The position numbers were made by a program, and so were the translations under genes. The notes beneath the pieces are model-generated. The model made no database searches. It had not been told where the DNA came from and saw nothing but the letters and a program-made list of their open reading frames with translations. 16,742 bases of DNA from a virus. Location of the stretch: UHGV virus genome UHGV-0281303; one strand, written 5' to 3'. Below are positions 1-9,885 of the stretch, in pieces; position 1 is the first letter of the stretch, and the number at the start of each line of letters is the position of its first letter.

Positions 1-73
1 TCTCGACAATGGCTTATACCCTACACGGGATAACTTAACTGATATCCCTTTTAACGGATAAACGGAGCCAACA

Positions 74-316
74 ATGGCAGAGATTATTCCCATGACTGAA
101 GAACAGAAATTCCAGCTAGAGATTTACAAGCTGGTCATGAACCAGAACGCAGCCGCAGAGGAAGCATTTCAATTCATTGGCACTGACGAACTGAAGCTTG
201 AGCTATTCAAAATTCACTTCCAGTCAGGCGGCGCTAATTCAGATATCACGACCCGCACTATCGAAGCGGTGCGTAAATCGAAGGAAGCGTTAGACCTGTT
301 CACCACCGGAGCATAA
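74..316 (+). CDS. hypothetical small protein (80 aa) immediately upstream of the terminase small subunit
   Basis: ATG at 74 with GGAG 6-7 nt upstream; stop TAA 2 nt before the next start. Same strand and tightly packed with the terminase genes. No family recognised. Confidence 0.6.
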   Translation: MAEIIPMTEEQKFQLEIYKLVMNQNAAAEEAFQFIGTDELKLELFKIHFQSGGANSDITTRTIEAVRKSKEALDLFTTGA

Positions 317-318
317 AC

Positions 319-759
319 ATGGCGCGCCCAACAAAGTATCAAGAGGCGTACGCCGAACAGGCACGCAAACTGTGCTTGCTGGGCTACACCGATGCAGAAC
401 TTGCTGATTTCTTTGAAGTTAGTGAGTCAACTATTAACAAGTGGAAGCTTGATTATCCTAAGTTTTCGGAGTCCATAAAAAGGGGTAAGGCCGTCGCTGA
501 TGCAGAAGTTAGTGATCGTCTTTATCAGCGCGCTATGGGCTTCGTGGCTCCAGACATCGATATTCGTGTTATTGAAAACAGAATTGTCGAAACTCCGCTT
601 GAGAAGTATTACCCGCCTGATACAACCGCCGCCATCTTCTGGCTTAAGAACCGACAGAAGGATAAATGGCGCGACAAGGTTGATCACGAGCTAACAGGCA
701 AAGACGGCGGCGCAATTCAGATTGAAACATCACCGATGAGCACTCTATTCGGAAAATGA
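319..759 (+). CDS. terminase small subunit (Sf6 gp1-like / P22 gp3 position)
   Basis: 146 aa directly upstream of the large terminase with an ATGA stop/start overlap. The C-terminal tail ...GKDGGAIQIETSPMSTLFGK matches my recollection of Sf6 small terminase; the N-terminal region looks like a DNA-binding helix-turn-helix segment. Confidence 0.85.
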   Translation: MARPTKYQEAYAEQARKLCLLGYTDAELADFFEVSESTINKWKLDYPKFSESIKRGKAVADAEVSDRLYQRAMGFVAPDIDIRVIENRIVETPLEKYYPPDTTAAIFWLKNRQKDKWRDKVDHELTGKDGGAIQIETSPMSTLFGK

Positions 760-2171
760 CCTCGATTAATCCTATCTTTGAACCGTTCATTGAGGCGCAT
801 CGCTACAAAGTCGCCAAAGGCGGTCGAGGTAGCGGAAAGTCTTGGGCAATTGCGAGGCTGCTTGTTGAAGCGGCGCGTCGGCAGCCTGTGCGCATACTTT
901 GCGCTCGTGAGCTGCAAAACAGTATCAGCGATTCGGTAATTCGGTTGCTTGAAGACACCATAGAGCGGGAAGGGTATTCGGCCGAGTTTGAAATTCAGCG
1001 TTCCATGATTCGTCATCTCGGAACGAATGCTGAGTTCATGTTCTACGGCATCAAAAACAACCCGACAAAGATTAAATCGCTCGAAGGTATTGATATCTGC
1101 TGGGTGGAAGAAGCGGAAGCGGTAACGAAGGAATCATGGGATATCCTGATACCAACCATCCGTAAGCCGTTCTCTGAAATATGGGTGAGCTTTAACCCGA
1201 AGAACATACTCGACGATACCTATCAGCGATTCGTTGTAAATCCTCCCGATGATATTTGCCTGCTGACGGTGAACTACACCGACAACCCGCACTTTCCTGA
1301 AGTTCTCCGTCTGGAGATGGAAGAGTGTAAACGCAGAAATCCGACCCTGTATCGTCACATCTGGCTTGGTGAGCCAGTGAGCGCAAGTGATATGGCAATC
1401 ATCAAACGTGAATGGCTTGAAGCCGCAACCGATGCGCACAAGAAACTCGGATGGAAAGCGAAAGGCGCGGTTGTTTCTGCTCATGACCCGTCAGATACAG
1501 GGCCGGATGCTAAAGGTTATGCATCGCGTCACGGTTCGGTAGTTAAGCGCATTGCCGAAGGTCTTCTGATGGACATCAACGAGGGGGCTGACTGGGCTAC
1601 TTCGCTGGCGATTGAAGACGGTGCTGACCATTACCTGTGGGATGGTGATGGCGTCGGTGCAGGGCTACGCAGACAGACAACGGAAGCGTTCTCCGGTAAG
1701 AAAATCACCGCCACGATGTTCAAGGGCAGCGAATCGCCATTTGATGAAGATGCACCATATCAGGCTGGAGCATGGGCTGATGAAGTCGTGCAGGGCGACA
1801 ACGTTCGCACTATTGGCGATGTGTTCCGCAATAAGCGAGCGCAATTCTATTACGCGCTGGCTGACAGGTTGTATCTGACATATCGGGCGGTTGTCCACGG
1901 TGAGTATGCAGACCCCGACGACATGCTGAGCTTCGACAAAGAAGCGATAGGCGAGAAGATGCTGGAGAAGCTGTTTGCAGAACTGACGCAGATTCAGCGC
2001 AAATTCAATAACAACGGGAAGCTGGAGCTTATGACTAAGGTCGAAATGAAGCAGAAGCTCGGTATTCCATCTCCTAACCTGGCTGATGCGCTGATGATGT
2101 GTATGCATTGCCCGGAGTCGGCTGCGCAACCCGACTATTCCAGTTACTCAATTCCTTGTGGTGTAGGTTGA
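756..2171 (+). CDS. terminase large subunit (ATPase plus nuclease)
   Basis: 471 aa. Walker A-like motif AKGGRGSGKS near residue 20 (about nt 813-845). Size and position match the P22-like/Sf6 large terminase (about 470-500 aa). ATGA overlap with the upstream gene, 1 nt gap to the portal gene. Confidence 0.92.
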   Translation: MTSINPIFEPFIEAHRYKVAKGGRGSGKSWAIARLLVEAARRQPVRILCARELQNSISDSVIRLLEDTIEREGYSAEFEIQRSMIRHLGTNAEFMFYGIKNNPTKIKSLEGIDICWVEEAEAVTKESWDILIPTIRKPFSEIWVSFNPKNILDDTYQRFVVNPPDDICLLTVNYTDNPHFPEVLRLEMEECKRRNPTLYRHIWLGEPVSASDMAIIKREWLEAATDAHKKLGWKAKGAVVSAHDPSDTGPDAKGYASRHGSVVKRIAEGLLMDINEGADWATSLAIEDGADHYLWDGDGVGAGLRRQTTEAFSGKKITATMFKGSESPFDEDAPYQAGAWADEVVQGDNVRTIGDVFRNKRAQFYYALADRLYLTYRAVVHGEYADPDDMLSFDKEAIGEKMLEKLFAELTQIQRKFNNNGKLELMTKVEMKQKLGIPSPNLADALMMCMHCPESAAQPDYSSYSIPCGVG

Positions 2172-2172
2172 T

Positions 2173-4371
2173 ATGGCAGAAAAAAAGATGACTGACTGGC
2201 ATCGCAAGGTGCTGTGCAACTTTGATAATGCCTGGTCAGCAACGCAGGATATGCGTAAGCAGATTATTGAGGCTCAACGTTTCGTCCGGGTGTCCGGCGC
2301 ACAGTGGGAAGGCAGCACAAACGCTGGTTACTCATTTGATGAAGGCAGGTTTGAGCATTACCCGCGCTTTGAACTGAATAAGATTGCCCGTGAATGTGAT
2401 CGCATCATTGGCGAGTATCGACAGAATCGCATCAGCGTTAAATTCAGGCCGAAGGATGACAAGGCATCGGAAGCGTTAGCCGAAAAGATGAACGGCAAAT
2501 TCCGCGCTGATTATCAGGAAACATCCGGTGGCGAAGCGTGTGATAACGCATTTGATGATGCTGTAACGGGCGGATTCGGTTGTTTCCGCATGTGTGCTGA
2601 TTACGAAGATGAAATGGATCCGAGTAACGAGCAGCGACGCATCAGCCTTCTTCCTGTTTACGACCCGGCGACATGCGTCTTCTTCGATCAGGACAGCAAG
2701 CAATATGACCGCTCTGATGCCATGTGGGCTATGGAAATGTTCTCCATGACGCCTAAAGCGTTCGAGGCTGAATACCCTGATTCCATCGCGGCAAGCCCTT
2801 CTCGTGATGACACTGGTACTCAGTATGACTGGTTAACGCCTGACGCCATCTATGTTGGACGCTACTACGAAGTCCGCATAGAGAAGGTGAAGCTCACAGC
2901 ATGGCGTAACCCTGTCAGCGGAGAAACGGCAATCTATGATGAAGAGCAAATCAAAGATATTGTCGACGAGCTGACCGATGGTGCATTCGAACTGATTGGC
3001 GAGCGAACGGTGAAGAAACGCCGAGTTTATTGCGGTCTTCTGTCTGGCGCTGAATGGCTGGAAGAACCGAAGCGTATTCCGGGCGAACATATTCCTCTCA
3101 TCCCGGTATATGGGCGTCGTTCATTTGTTGATAATCAGGAGCGAATCGAAGGCCACGCAGCAAAAGCGATGGATGCACAGCGTCTTGAGAACCTGATGGT
3201 TTCCATGATTGCAGATAACGCTACTCAGGCTGGCGGCGATGGCATTCCTATCGTGGATGTTGATTTCATTCCCGGTCCATTAATGAATCACTGGGCAGAG
3301 AGGAATAAGAAAAGACCTGCAGTTCTTCCCATGACCAGCAAGAAGGACAAAAACGGAACGGTCATTTCAGAGGCTCAGGTTGCTGGCTGGACACCTCCGA
3401 CACAAATGCCTCCTGCTCTTGCTGGGCTATTGCAGTACACCGGAACGGCTATTCAGCAAATTACAGGTGCGTCGCAGCTTGAGAACATGCCGAGCAACGT
3501 CGCTACCGATACCGTTGATAGCATCTTTAACCGGATGGACACGCAGTCCTATATCTACATGGACAACATGGCTAAATCCATGCGCCGTGCTGGCGTCGTG
3601 TGGCTTTCTATGGCTCGTGAAGTCTATGGCAGCGATACGCCAATGCGCATCGTTAATGAGGATGGCAGCGATGACGTGGCGCTGATGACTGGTGAAGTGG
3701 TTGACCGTCAGACAGGGAAGGTTATCGCGCTTAACGACCTTTCGCAGGGTAACTATGAAGTGACTGTCGATGTCGGTCAGTCGTTCGCTACTCGCCGTGA
3801 TGCAACGGTTAAGTCGTTGCTTTCCATGCTGGCACTTATCCCGCCAGGAACGCCGAAGCATGACCTTGTATCGTCGATGATTCTCGACAATATGGACGGC
3901 GAAGGGATGGACGACCTTAAAGAATACAACCGCAATCAGTTGCTTCTGTCTGGCGTTATTAAGCCGAGAACACCAGAAGAACAGCAAATGGTTGAGCAGG
4001 CGAAACAACAACAGGCCAGTCAGCCAGATCCGGCTATGGTTGCTGCGCAAGGTCAGCTTCTTGCTGGTCAGGCTGAATTGCAGAAAGCGCAGAACGAACA
4101 GGCAGCCATTCAGGTTAAAGCATTCCAGGCACAGACTGATGCTCAGGTTGCAGCGGCAAATGTTGTGAAAATCCTCGCATCTGCCGATAGCCAGCAGAAA
4201 TCTGATATCCGCGAGGCTCTGAAACTGCTCGGACAGTTCCAGCAACAGCAAGGAGACAATGCCCGTGCTGATGCAGAGCTTGTCCTGAAAAGTCAGGCAC
4301 AGGGCCATGCGCAGCACATGGACATCAGCAGCATCCTGCAAAAATCAACTCAGCAACAACCACAGCAGTAA
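2173..4371 (+). CDS. portal protein with long C-terminal Gln/Ala-rich helical barrel
   Basis: 732 aa. The C-terminal ~130 residues (PEEQQ...DPAMVAAQGQLLAGQAELQKAQNEQ...) closely resemble the P22 portal C-terminal barrel as I recall it. Gene order terminase-portal-scaffold-coat. Confidence 0.92.
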   Translation: MAEKKMTDWHRKVLCNFDNAWSATQDMRKQIIEAQRFVRVSGAQWEGSTNAGYSFDEGRFEHYPRFELNKIARECDRIIGEYRQNRISVKFRPKDDKASEALAEKMNGKFRADYQETSGGEACDNAFDDAVTGGFGCFRMCADYEDEMDPSNEQRRISLLPVYDPATCVFFDQDSKQYDRSDAMWAMEMFSMTPKAFEAEYPDSIAASPSRDDTGTQYDWLTPDAIYVGRYYEVRIEKVKLTAWRNPVSGETAIYDEEQIKDIVDELTDGAFELIGERTVKKRRVYCGLLSGAEWLEEPKRIPGEHIPLIPVYGRRSFVDNQERIEGHAAKAMDAQRLENLMVSMIADNATQAGGDGIPIVDVDFIPGPLMNHWAERNKKRPAVLPMTSKKDKNGTVISEAQVAGWTPPTQMPPALAGLLQYTGTAIQQITGASQLENMPSNVATDTVDSIFNRMDTQSYIYMDNMAKSMRRAGVVWLSMAREVYGSDTPMRIVNEDGSDDVALMTGEVVDRQTGKVIALNDLSQGNYEVTVDVGQSFATRRDATVKSLLSMLALIPPGTPKHDLVSSMILDNMDGEGMDDLKEYNRNQLLLSGVIKPRTPEEQQMVEQAKQQQASQPDPAMVAAQGQLLAGQAELQKAQNEQAAIQVKAFQAQTDAQVAAANVVKILASADSQQKSDIREALKLLGQFQQQQGDNARADAELVLKSQAQGHAQHMDISSILQKSTQQQPQQ

Positions 4372-4461
4372 TTAACCCATAACGTGCAATGGCTGTCTTT
4401 ATGAGGCCTGGCACCCTATTGCCTTCCGATGGGCTGAACATCGAGTAAACAGGGGTAACAA

Positions 4462-5355
4462 ATGGACCAGATGGCAGAAAACACACCAGAAGTTGAAATC
4501 GAACCCGACGCGTCAGAGCAGATTCCTGATGATGTCGAACTGGCTGAAGAAGTCGAAAAAGCAGATGGCAGTGAGTCCTCAGGAAATGATGCAGAGGAAG
4601 CTACTGACACTGATGACGACGAATCAGAACAGGAATTCTACTTTGGTGACGAAAAGCTGGATTCGCCAACCAGCGAAGATAGCGCAGAGCATGGACTGGT
4701 AAAACACCTGCGCAAGACGATTAAAGAGAAAGACCGTGAGCTGAAAGAGCTGATGCGTCAGTCTCAGAAACCCGTCGAGCAGCAGCCGGTAATCACTCAA
4801 CCACCGCGAATGCCAAAACTGGATGATGAGGACATCGGTTTCGATGAAGAAATCTACCAGCAACGCATGGCTAAGTGGGCAGAGGATAACGGCAAGTACC
4901 AGCAACAGGAGATGGCTCGCAAGCAGAAGGAGCAGGAGCTTCAGGCTGCCTATCAAGAGCGATTATCCAAATATCAGCAACGTGTTAAGGCTCTCAAAGT
5001 TCCTGGCTATCAGGAAGCTGAGCAGGCCGTACTCGAGGAAATCCCCATCGAGACACAAAACGCGATCCTGTTTGAGTCAGAGAAGCCGGAAATCGTTGTT
5101 CTGGCACTCGGTCGCAACGCTGAACTGCGCAAGCAACTGGCAGAAGCTACCAACCCCGTAGCAATTGGTCGTCTGCTGGAACGTATCGAATCGAAGGCCA
5201 GAATCATGCCAAAAGCAAAAACCACGGCAGCCACAACCCCGACAGTTAAGGGGAGCAACGGCGCAGTAATCAACAACCTCGGCAAATTGAAAGCCAAGGC
5301 GCTGGAAACTGGTGACTGGACGCCGTATTTCGCCGCTAAAAAGGCAAAAAAATAA
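4462..5355 (+). CDS. scaffolding protein
   Basis: 297 aa, highly charged, with an acidic N-terminal region, predicted helical KE/Q-rich middle and a basic C-terminal tail (...AAKKAKK). Sits between portal and coat, as P22 gene 8 (303 aa) does. AGGGG-type ribosome-binding site upstream. Confidence 0.8.
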   Translation: MDQMAENTPEVEIEPDASEQIPDDVELAEEVEKADGSESSGNDAEEATDTDDDESEQEFYFGDEKLDSPTSEDSAEHGLVKHLRKTIKEKDRELKELMRQSQKPVEQQPVITQPPRMPKLDDEDIGFDEEIYQQRMAKWAEDNGKYQQQEMARKQKEQELQAAYQERLSKYQQRVKALKVPGYQEAEQAVLEEIPIETQNAILFESEKPEIVVLALGRNAELRKQLAEATNPVAIGRLLERIESKARIMPKAKTTAATTPTVKGSNGAVINNLGKLKAKALETGDWTPYFAAKKAKK

Positions 5356-5373
5356 CCTATCGGAGCATTAAGC

Positions 5374-6627
5374 ATGGCTAACCAATTAGCAAAAGACCTT
5401 GAAATCATGTTCGAAAACTACGTTGAAGGCTTTGAGGCCGCCTGCGTAGTTTCCCGTAACGCTAAAAAATTCCGTCCCGGTGATACAGCAATGCAGCGAG
5501 CAGGTGATGTTCTGTATCGTCCGCAGCATTACCACATGAACATTGAGGAAGGCCTAGACCTCAGCGGCAAAACGCCAACAGCACTGGTTCAGCGCCTTGT
5601 TCCTTCTGTGTTCAAGGAACCGAAAAACATTCTGTACACTCTGGATGCGCGTGAAATGCGTGACCCGGAACATAAAACTGAAGCTGGTCGCGCCGCAGGT
5701 ATGCGCCTTGCTGCACAGATTGACTCTGACCTGATTTCCATGGTTACGCAGCGTGCTACTAACGTGATCACGATGGCTGACTCAACCACAGGTACACAGG
5801 GCCGTGATTTGTGGAACTGTGCGGCAGGTATTGATGCCACCATGACGGCGATAGGTGTACCGCAGGGTATCAACCGTCGCTCTTTCTGGAACCCCTTCAA
5901 CTACAAAGACCTTGCTGGCGAGCTTGGTCACCGTGCCTATGCTCAGGGCGCAACCCTGACAGCATACGAAAAAGCGCAAATCCCTCCGGTTGCGTCCTTC
6001 GATAGCTACAAGACCGATATTTCTGGTCGTGTTCCGAAGGGTACAGCAACTTCCATTACGCTGGCAGCAGCACCTGCGCACAAGGTTGAAGCGAAAGATG
6101 CTAACGATATGCCAGTGGATAACCGACAGGGGACCATTACGGTATCTGCTGAAGGTTTGCAGGTTGGCGATGCGTTTACCATTGCAGGGGTGAATTCTGT
6201 ACACCAGATCACCAAAGATACCACCGGGCAGCCGCAGGTATTCCGCGTTCTGGCAGTAAGCGGAACGACAGTAACTATCTCCCCGAAAATTCTGCCACCT
6301 GACAACGCGGATGTCGCCAGCCGTCCATATGCAAACGTTGATGCTAATGCGGCAAGTGGCGCAGCAATCACCATTCTCAACAAAAATGCCGCACCGGCTA
6401 ACCTGTTCTGGGCTGATGGTTCTGTTGAACTGATGTACGGCAAACTGGCGTTCCCGACTGGTCAGGGTCCACAGGTAATGACAGCAACCACCGAGCAGGG
6501 CGCTACGCTGATCATGTCTTATGCCTTCGACCACATCAAAGGCGTAACCACTGCTCGTTTCACCACTCTGTACGGTTGCTCTGTACTTGTTCCTGAATAT
6601 ACGGGCATCGTTATTGCCGGGCAGTAA
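5374..6627 (+). CDS. major capsid (coat) protein
   Basis: 417 aa, GGAG ribosome-binding site 8 nt upstream, followed by a strong intrinsic terminator. Size and position match P22-like coat proteins (about 420-430 aa). Confidence 0.85.
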   Translation: MANQLAKDLEIMFENYVEGFEAACVVSRNAKKFRPGDTAMQRAGDVLYRPQHYHMNIEEGLDLSGKTPTALVQRLVPSVFKEPKNILYTLDAREMRDPEHKTEAGRAAGMRLAAQIDSDLISMVTQRATNVITMADSTTGTQGRDLWNCAAGIDATMTAIGVPQGINRRSFWNPFNYKDLAGELGHRAYAQGATLTAYEKAQIPPVASFDSYKTDISGRVPKGTATSITLAAAPAHKVEAKDANDMPVDNRQGTITVSAEGLQVGDAFTIAGVNSVHQITKDTTGQPQVFRVLAVSGTTVTISPKILPPDNADVASRPYANVDANAASGAAITILNKNAAPANLFWADGSVELMYGKLAFPTGQGPQVMTATTEQGATLIMSYAFDHIKGVTTARFTTLYGCSVLVPEYTGIVIAGQ

Positions 6628-6633
6628 TTTTGG

Positions 6634-6656
6634 TGGGGCTTCGGCCCCATTTTTAT
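6634..6656 (+). terminator. rho-independent terminator / attenuator after the coat gene
   Basis: GC stem GGGGC (6635-6639), TTCG loop, GCCCC (6644-6648), then ATTTTTATT. Lies immediately 3' of the coat stop codon. Confidence 0.7.
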
Positions 6657-6668
6657 TGGGAGAAGACA

Positions 6669-6857
6669 ATGGCACGAACAATGCTCTATAAGCCGGGCAA
6701 CATGATCACCTGTGGTCAGTTTGCTGTCGATTACATCATTGTTGATGACGAAGAAGTTAAATCTCACCTGAAAAAAGGCTGGGTAAAAACTCCTGAAGAA
6801 ACCGCAACGAAGCATAAAGTGGCTAAGGCGGAAGAAGATGGCGAAAACGAAGGGTGA
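6669..6857 (+). CDS. small hypothetical protein (62 aa) between coat and gp4-like gene
   Basis: ATG at 6669 preceded by GGGAGA. The ORF track's longer version starts at a TTG at 6630 that lies inside the terminator hairpin, so I prefer the ATG. Its 3' end overlaps the next gene by 20 nt. Basic and Glu-rich at the C-terminus. Confidence 0.45.
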   Translation: MARTMLYKPGNMITCGQFAVDYIIVDDEEVKSHLKKGWVKTPEETATKHKVAKAEEDGENEG

Positions 6858-7299
6858 TCTCGTTCTTAAGGCTTTACGAAAAGCCGGGCTGTATTCCAAT
6901 GCCACGTTGACAGATGCTGACCCTCAGGCAATTGAAGATGCCATTAATGACCTCGAAGACATGATGGCAGCATGGCAGGCTAAAGGTATCGAGCTTGGAT
7001 ATCAGTTTGCTGATACAGAAAACGGCATCATGCCGTTACCTGACGATGATTCAGGTATCCCTGCATGGGCAAATGATGGCGTCGCTTTGAAACTCGCTGT
7101 GCAAGTGTGCATGGATAACGTCATTCAGCCGTCAGACGCTCTCCTTACCGCTGCTGACAGTGCATATCAGACAATCTGTATCGCTTTAACCAAAATACCA
7201 CCACTTGAGCGGCGAAATGACATGCCTCGCGGTAGTGGTAACAAAAGCGCGTTTACGTGGAATCGGTTTTACATCGAGAAAGATGATCCGAGTACGTGA
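6838..7299 (+). CDS. head-to-tail adaptor / head completion protein (P22 gp4-like)
   Basis: 153 aa. N-terminus MAKTKGDLVLKALRKAGLYSNATLTDADPQAIEDAINDLEDMMAAW resembles P22 gp4 as I recall it; C-terminal PRGSGNKS motif region. Position after coat. Confidence 0.8.
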   Translation: MAKTKGDLVLKALRKAGLYSNATLTDADPQAIEDAINDLEDMMAAWQAKGIELGYQFADTENGIMPLPDDDSGIPAWANDGVALKLAVQVCMDNVIQPSDALLTAADSAYQTICIALTKIPPLERRNDMPRGSGNKSAFTWNRFYIEKDDPST

Positions 7300-7308
7300 G
7301 GTGAATAA

Positions 7309-8727
7309 ATGCCGATTCAGCAACTTCCGCTTATGAAAGGTGTCGGCAAAGACTTTCGAAACGCCGACTATATCGACTATCTGCCAGTGAATATGCTGGC
7401 TACACCAAAAGAAATCCTTAACAGCAGCGGATATCTTCGCTCATTCCCGGGCATTGCCAAACGTTCTGATGTGAACGGCGTATCGCGCGGCGTCGAGTAC
7501 AACATGGCGCAGAGTGCTGTTTATCGCGTGTGTGGTGGCAAGCTGTACAAAGGAGAAAGTGAAGTCGGTGATGTTGCCGGAAGTGGTCGCGTATCAATGG
7601 CGCATGGTCGGACATCACAGGCGGTAGGCGTTAATGGTCAACTGGTCGAGTATCGCTATGATGGTACGGTTAAAACCGTCTCAAACTGGCCTACAGACAG
7701 TGGATTCACTCAGTATGAGTTAGGTTCAGTTCGCGACATTACGCGCTTACGTGGGCGTTATGCGTGGTCAAAAGACGGAACTGATTCATGGTTTATCACT
7801 GACCTTGAAGACGAATCTCATCCTGACCGTTACAGCGCACAATATCGTGCCGAGTCTCAGCCTGACGGAATCATCGGCATCGGAACATGGCGAGATTTCA
7901 TCGTCTGCTTTGGTTCATCGACGATTGAATATTTTTCCCTGACAGGTGCAACCACCGTTGGTGCAGCTTTGTATGTCGCACAGCCATCACTGATGGTGCA
8001 AAAAGGCATCGCCGGGACTTACTGCAAAACGCCGTTTGCTGATTCCTATGCGTTCATCAGCAATCCGGCAACAGGTGCTCCGTCTGTATACATCATCGGC
8101 TCCGGTCAGGTGTCACCAATCGCCAGTGCGAGCATTGAGAAAATCCTCCGCTCCTACACTGCTGATGAACTGGCTGATGGTGTGATGGAATCGCTGCGAT
8201 TTGATGCGCATGAGCTTCTGATTATCCACCTTCCGCGCCATGTTCTGGTGTACGACGCATCTTCAAGCGCTAATGGTCCGCAATGGTGTGTGTTGAAAAC
8301 TGGCTTGTATGACGATGTGTACCGCGCTATCGACTTCATTTACGAAGGCAATCAGATAACGTGCGGAGATAAGCTGGAATCGGTTATCGGCAAATTGCAG
8401 TTCGATATCAGCAGCCAGTATGGGCTACAGCAAGAACACCTGTTGTTTACACCACTCTTCAAAGCTGAGAACGCCAGATGTTTTGATCTGGAAGTTGAAT
8501 CATCGACTGGTGTCGCTCAGTATGCTGACCGCCTGTTCCTCTCTGCAACCACTGACGGCATAAATTACGGTCGTGAGCAGATGATTGAGCAGAATGAACC
8601 GTTCGTTTACGACAAGCGCGTTTTGTGGAAGCGTGTCGGGCGAATCAGGAAAAATGTCGGCTTCAAACTTCGCGTTATCACAAAGTCACCTGTAACTCTG
8701 TCTGGCGCTCAGATAAGGATTGAGTAA
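7309..8727 (+). CDS. tail hub / head completion protein (P22 gp10-like)
   Basis: 472 aa, the same length as P22 gp10. N-terminus [49 protein letters not shown] matches my recollection of gp10 very closely. Confidence 0.9.
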   Translation: MPIQQLPLMKGVGKDFRNADYIDYLPVNMLATPKEILNSSGYLRSFPGIAKRSDVNGVSRGVEYNMAQSAVYRVCGGKLYKGESEVGDVAGSGRVSMAHGRTSQAVGVNGQLVEYRYDGTVKTVSNWPTDSGFTQYELGSVRDITRLRGRYAWSKDGTDSWFITDLEDESHPDRYSAQYRAESQPDGIIGIGTWRDFIVCFGSSTIEYFSLTGATTVGAALYVAQPSLMVQKGIAGTYCKTPFADSYAFISNPATGAPSVYIIGSGQVSPIASASIEKILRSYTADELADGVMESLRFDAHELLIIHLPRHVLVYDASSSANGPQWCVLKTGLYDDVYRAIDFIYEGNQITCGDKLESVIGKLQFDISSQYGLQQEHLLFTPLFKAENARCFDLEVESSTGVAQYADRLFLSATTDGINYGREQMIEQNEPFVYDKRVLWKRVGRIRKNVGFKLRVITKSPVTLSGAQIRIE

Positions 8728-9428
8728 TGGCGGATTCATCACTGAATAATCCTGTCGCGGTTCAGGCTACGCGCCTTGATGCTTCAATTTTGCCACGCAA
8801 TATATTCAGCCAGTCTTACCTGCTGTATGTCATTAATCAGGGGGCTGATGTCGGCGCAATTGCCGGGAAGGCAAATCAGGCTGGTCAGGGCGCTTACGAT
8901 GCTCAGGTGAAAAACGATGAACAGGATGTCGAACTGGCTGATCACGACGCAAGAATCACCGCAAACACAAAAGCGATAAATCTCCTTGAGGTCAGGTTAA
9001 CAACCGCCGAAGGGAAGATAGTCGTACTGCGTAGCGATGTTGATTACTTGCTGGATGAGGTTATCGATATTCAGGCGCATCTGGTCACTGTTGACCAAAG
9101 ACTGGATGGCGTAGAAAGCGATGTCTCTGGCATTAAGAGTGATTACGTATCGAAAACCGTAACAGAATCGCAGTCTCTTGCGTCACCGCTGGATGTAAAA
9201 ACATCATATTCAGTTGATGGAATTCAGGTCGTTGGAGCAAGGCAGACCGGATGGACTGCAGCCACAGGCACACCACTTCTTGGCTCATTCAACGCTAACC
9301 AGTCATACACGGTCGGCACTACGTACACACAATCCGAAGTCGCAGCTATCGCTACAGGTTTGGAGCAGGCGCGGCAGCGTATTCTGGCGCTTGAAACAGC
9401 ACTTAGATTACATGGGCTGATTGACTGA
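8727..9428 (+). CDS. tail needle (P22 gp26-like)
   Basis: 233 aa, the same length as P22 gp26. N-terminus [27 protein letters not shown]... and C-terminal ...[32 protein letters not shown] match the gp26 pattern; the central coiled-coil region is divergent. TAATG stop/start overlap with gp10. Confidence 0.9.
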   Translation: MADSSLNNPVAVQATRLDASILPRNIFSQSYLLYVINQGADVGAIAGKANQAGQGAYDAQVKNDEQDVELADHDARITANTKAINLLEVRLTTAEGKIVVLRSDVDYLLDEVIDIQAHLVTVDQRLDGVESDVSGIKSDYVSKTVTESQSLASPLDVKTSYSVDGIQVVGARQTGWTAATGTPLLGSFNANQSYTVGTTYTQSEVAAIATGLEQARQRILALETALRLHGLID

Positions 9429-9883
9429 TGATTACATTTAAACCAACGCGAAACATCGACTTGATCGAAGCAGTCGGAAATCACCCCGACATTATCGCCG
9501 GGAGCAACAACGGTGATGGATACGACTACAAGCCTGAATGCCGTTACTTTGAGGTGAACGTGCACGGGCAGTTCGGCGGAATTGTTTACTATCAGGAGAT
9601 TCAGCCGCTGACATTCGATTGCCACGCCATGTACCTGCCAGAGGTTCGTGGATTCAGCAAGGAAATCGGGCTGGCGTTCTGGAGATACATTCTGACTAAC
9701 ACCACTGTTCAGTGTGTCACATCGTTCGCTGCGCGCAAATTCCGCCACGGGCAGATGTACTGCGCAATGATTGGCCTTAATCGTGTAGGAACCATCAAGA
9801 AATACTTCAAAGGCGTGGATGACGTGACGTTTTACAGCGCCACACGCGAAGAACTAATCGACTTCCTGAATCACAGGAGATAG
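9428..9883 (+). CDS. gp14-like protein (ejection-protein assembly/accessory)
   Basis: 151 aa in the position of P22 gene 14, between the needle and the ejection proteins. Start overlaps the needle stop (ATGA-type overlap at 9426-9430). Confidence 0.75.
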   Translation: MITFKPTRNIDLIEAVGNHPDIIAGSNNGDGYDYKPECRYFEVNVHGQFGGIVYYQEIQPLTFDCHAMYLPEVRGFSKEIGLAFWRYILTNTTVQCVTSFAARKFRHGQMYCAMIGLNRVGTIKKYFKGVDDVTFYSATREELIDFLNHRR

Positions 9884-9885
9884 CC

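Noticed and set aside
319-759. pac site inside the small terminase gene
   Set aside because: P22-like phages carry pac within this gene, but I could not identify a convincing match by eye and the Sf6-type site is poorly defined; not annotated.
1665-2129. 154-aa - strand ORF and other 60-130 aa ORFs nested in the terminase, portal, scaffold, gp10, gp7, gp20 and gp16 genes (either strand)
   Set aside because: All lie inside or antisense to longer, better-supported genes and show no independent start signals.
3427-4341. 304-aa ORF on the - strand inside the portal gene
   Set aside because: Antisense shadow ORF entirely inside a well-supported gene; Cys/Leu/Arg-rich translation typical of a non-coding frame, with no ribosome-binding site context.
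3950-4371. Gln/Ala-rich repetitive coding at the 3' end of the portal gene as a possible DNA repeat or low-complexity insertion
   Set aside because: This matches the known C-terminal helical barrel of P22-type portals; it is protein-level composition bias, not a nucleotide tandem repeat.
6630-6668. TTG-initiated N-terminal extension of the small ORF after the coat gene (as given in the ORF track)
   Set aside because: The TTG start falls inside the terminator hairpin stem; the ATG at 6669 with GGGAGA upstream is the more plausible start.
5782-6681. 299-aa ORF on the - strand inside the coat gene
   Set aside because: Antisense shadow of the coat gene; low-complexity Arg/Cys-rich translation, and the late operon is uniformly + strand.
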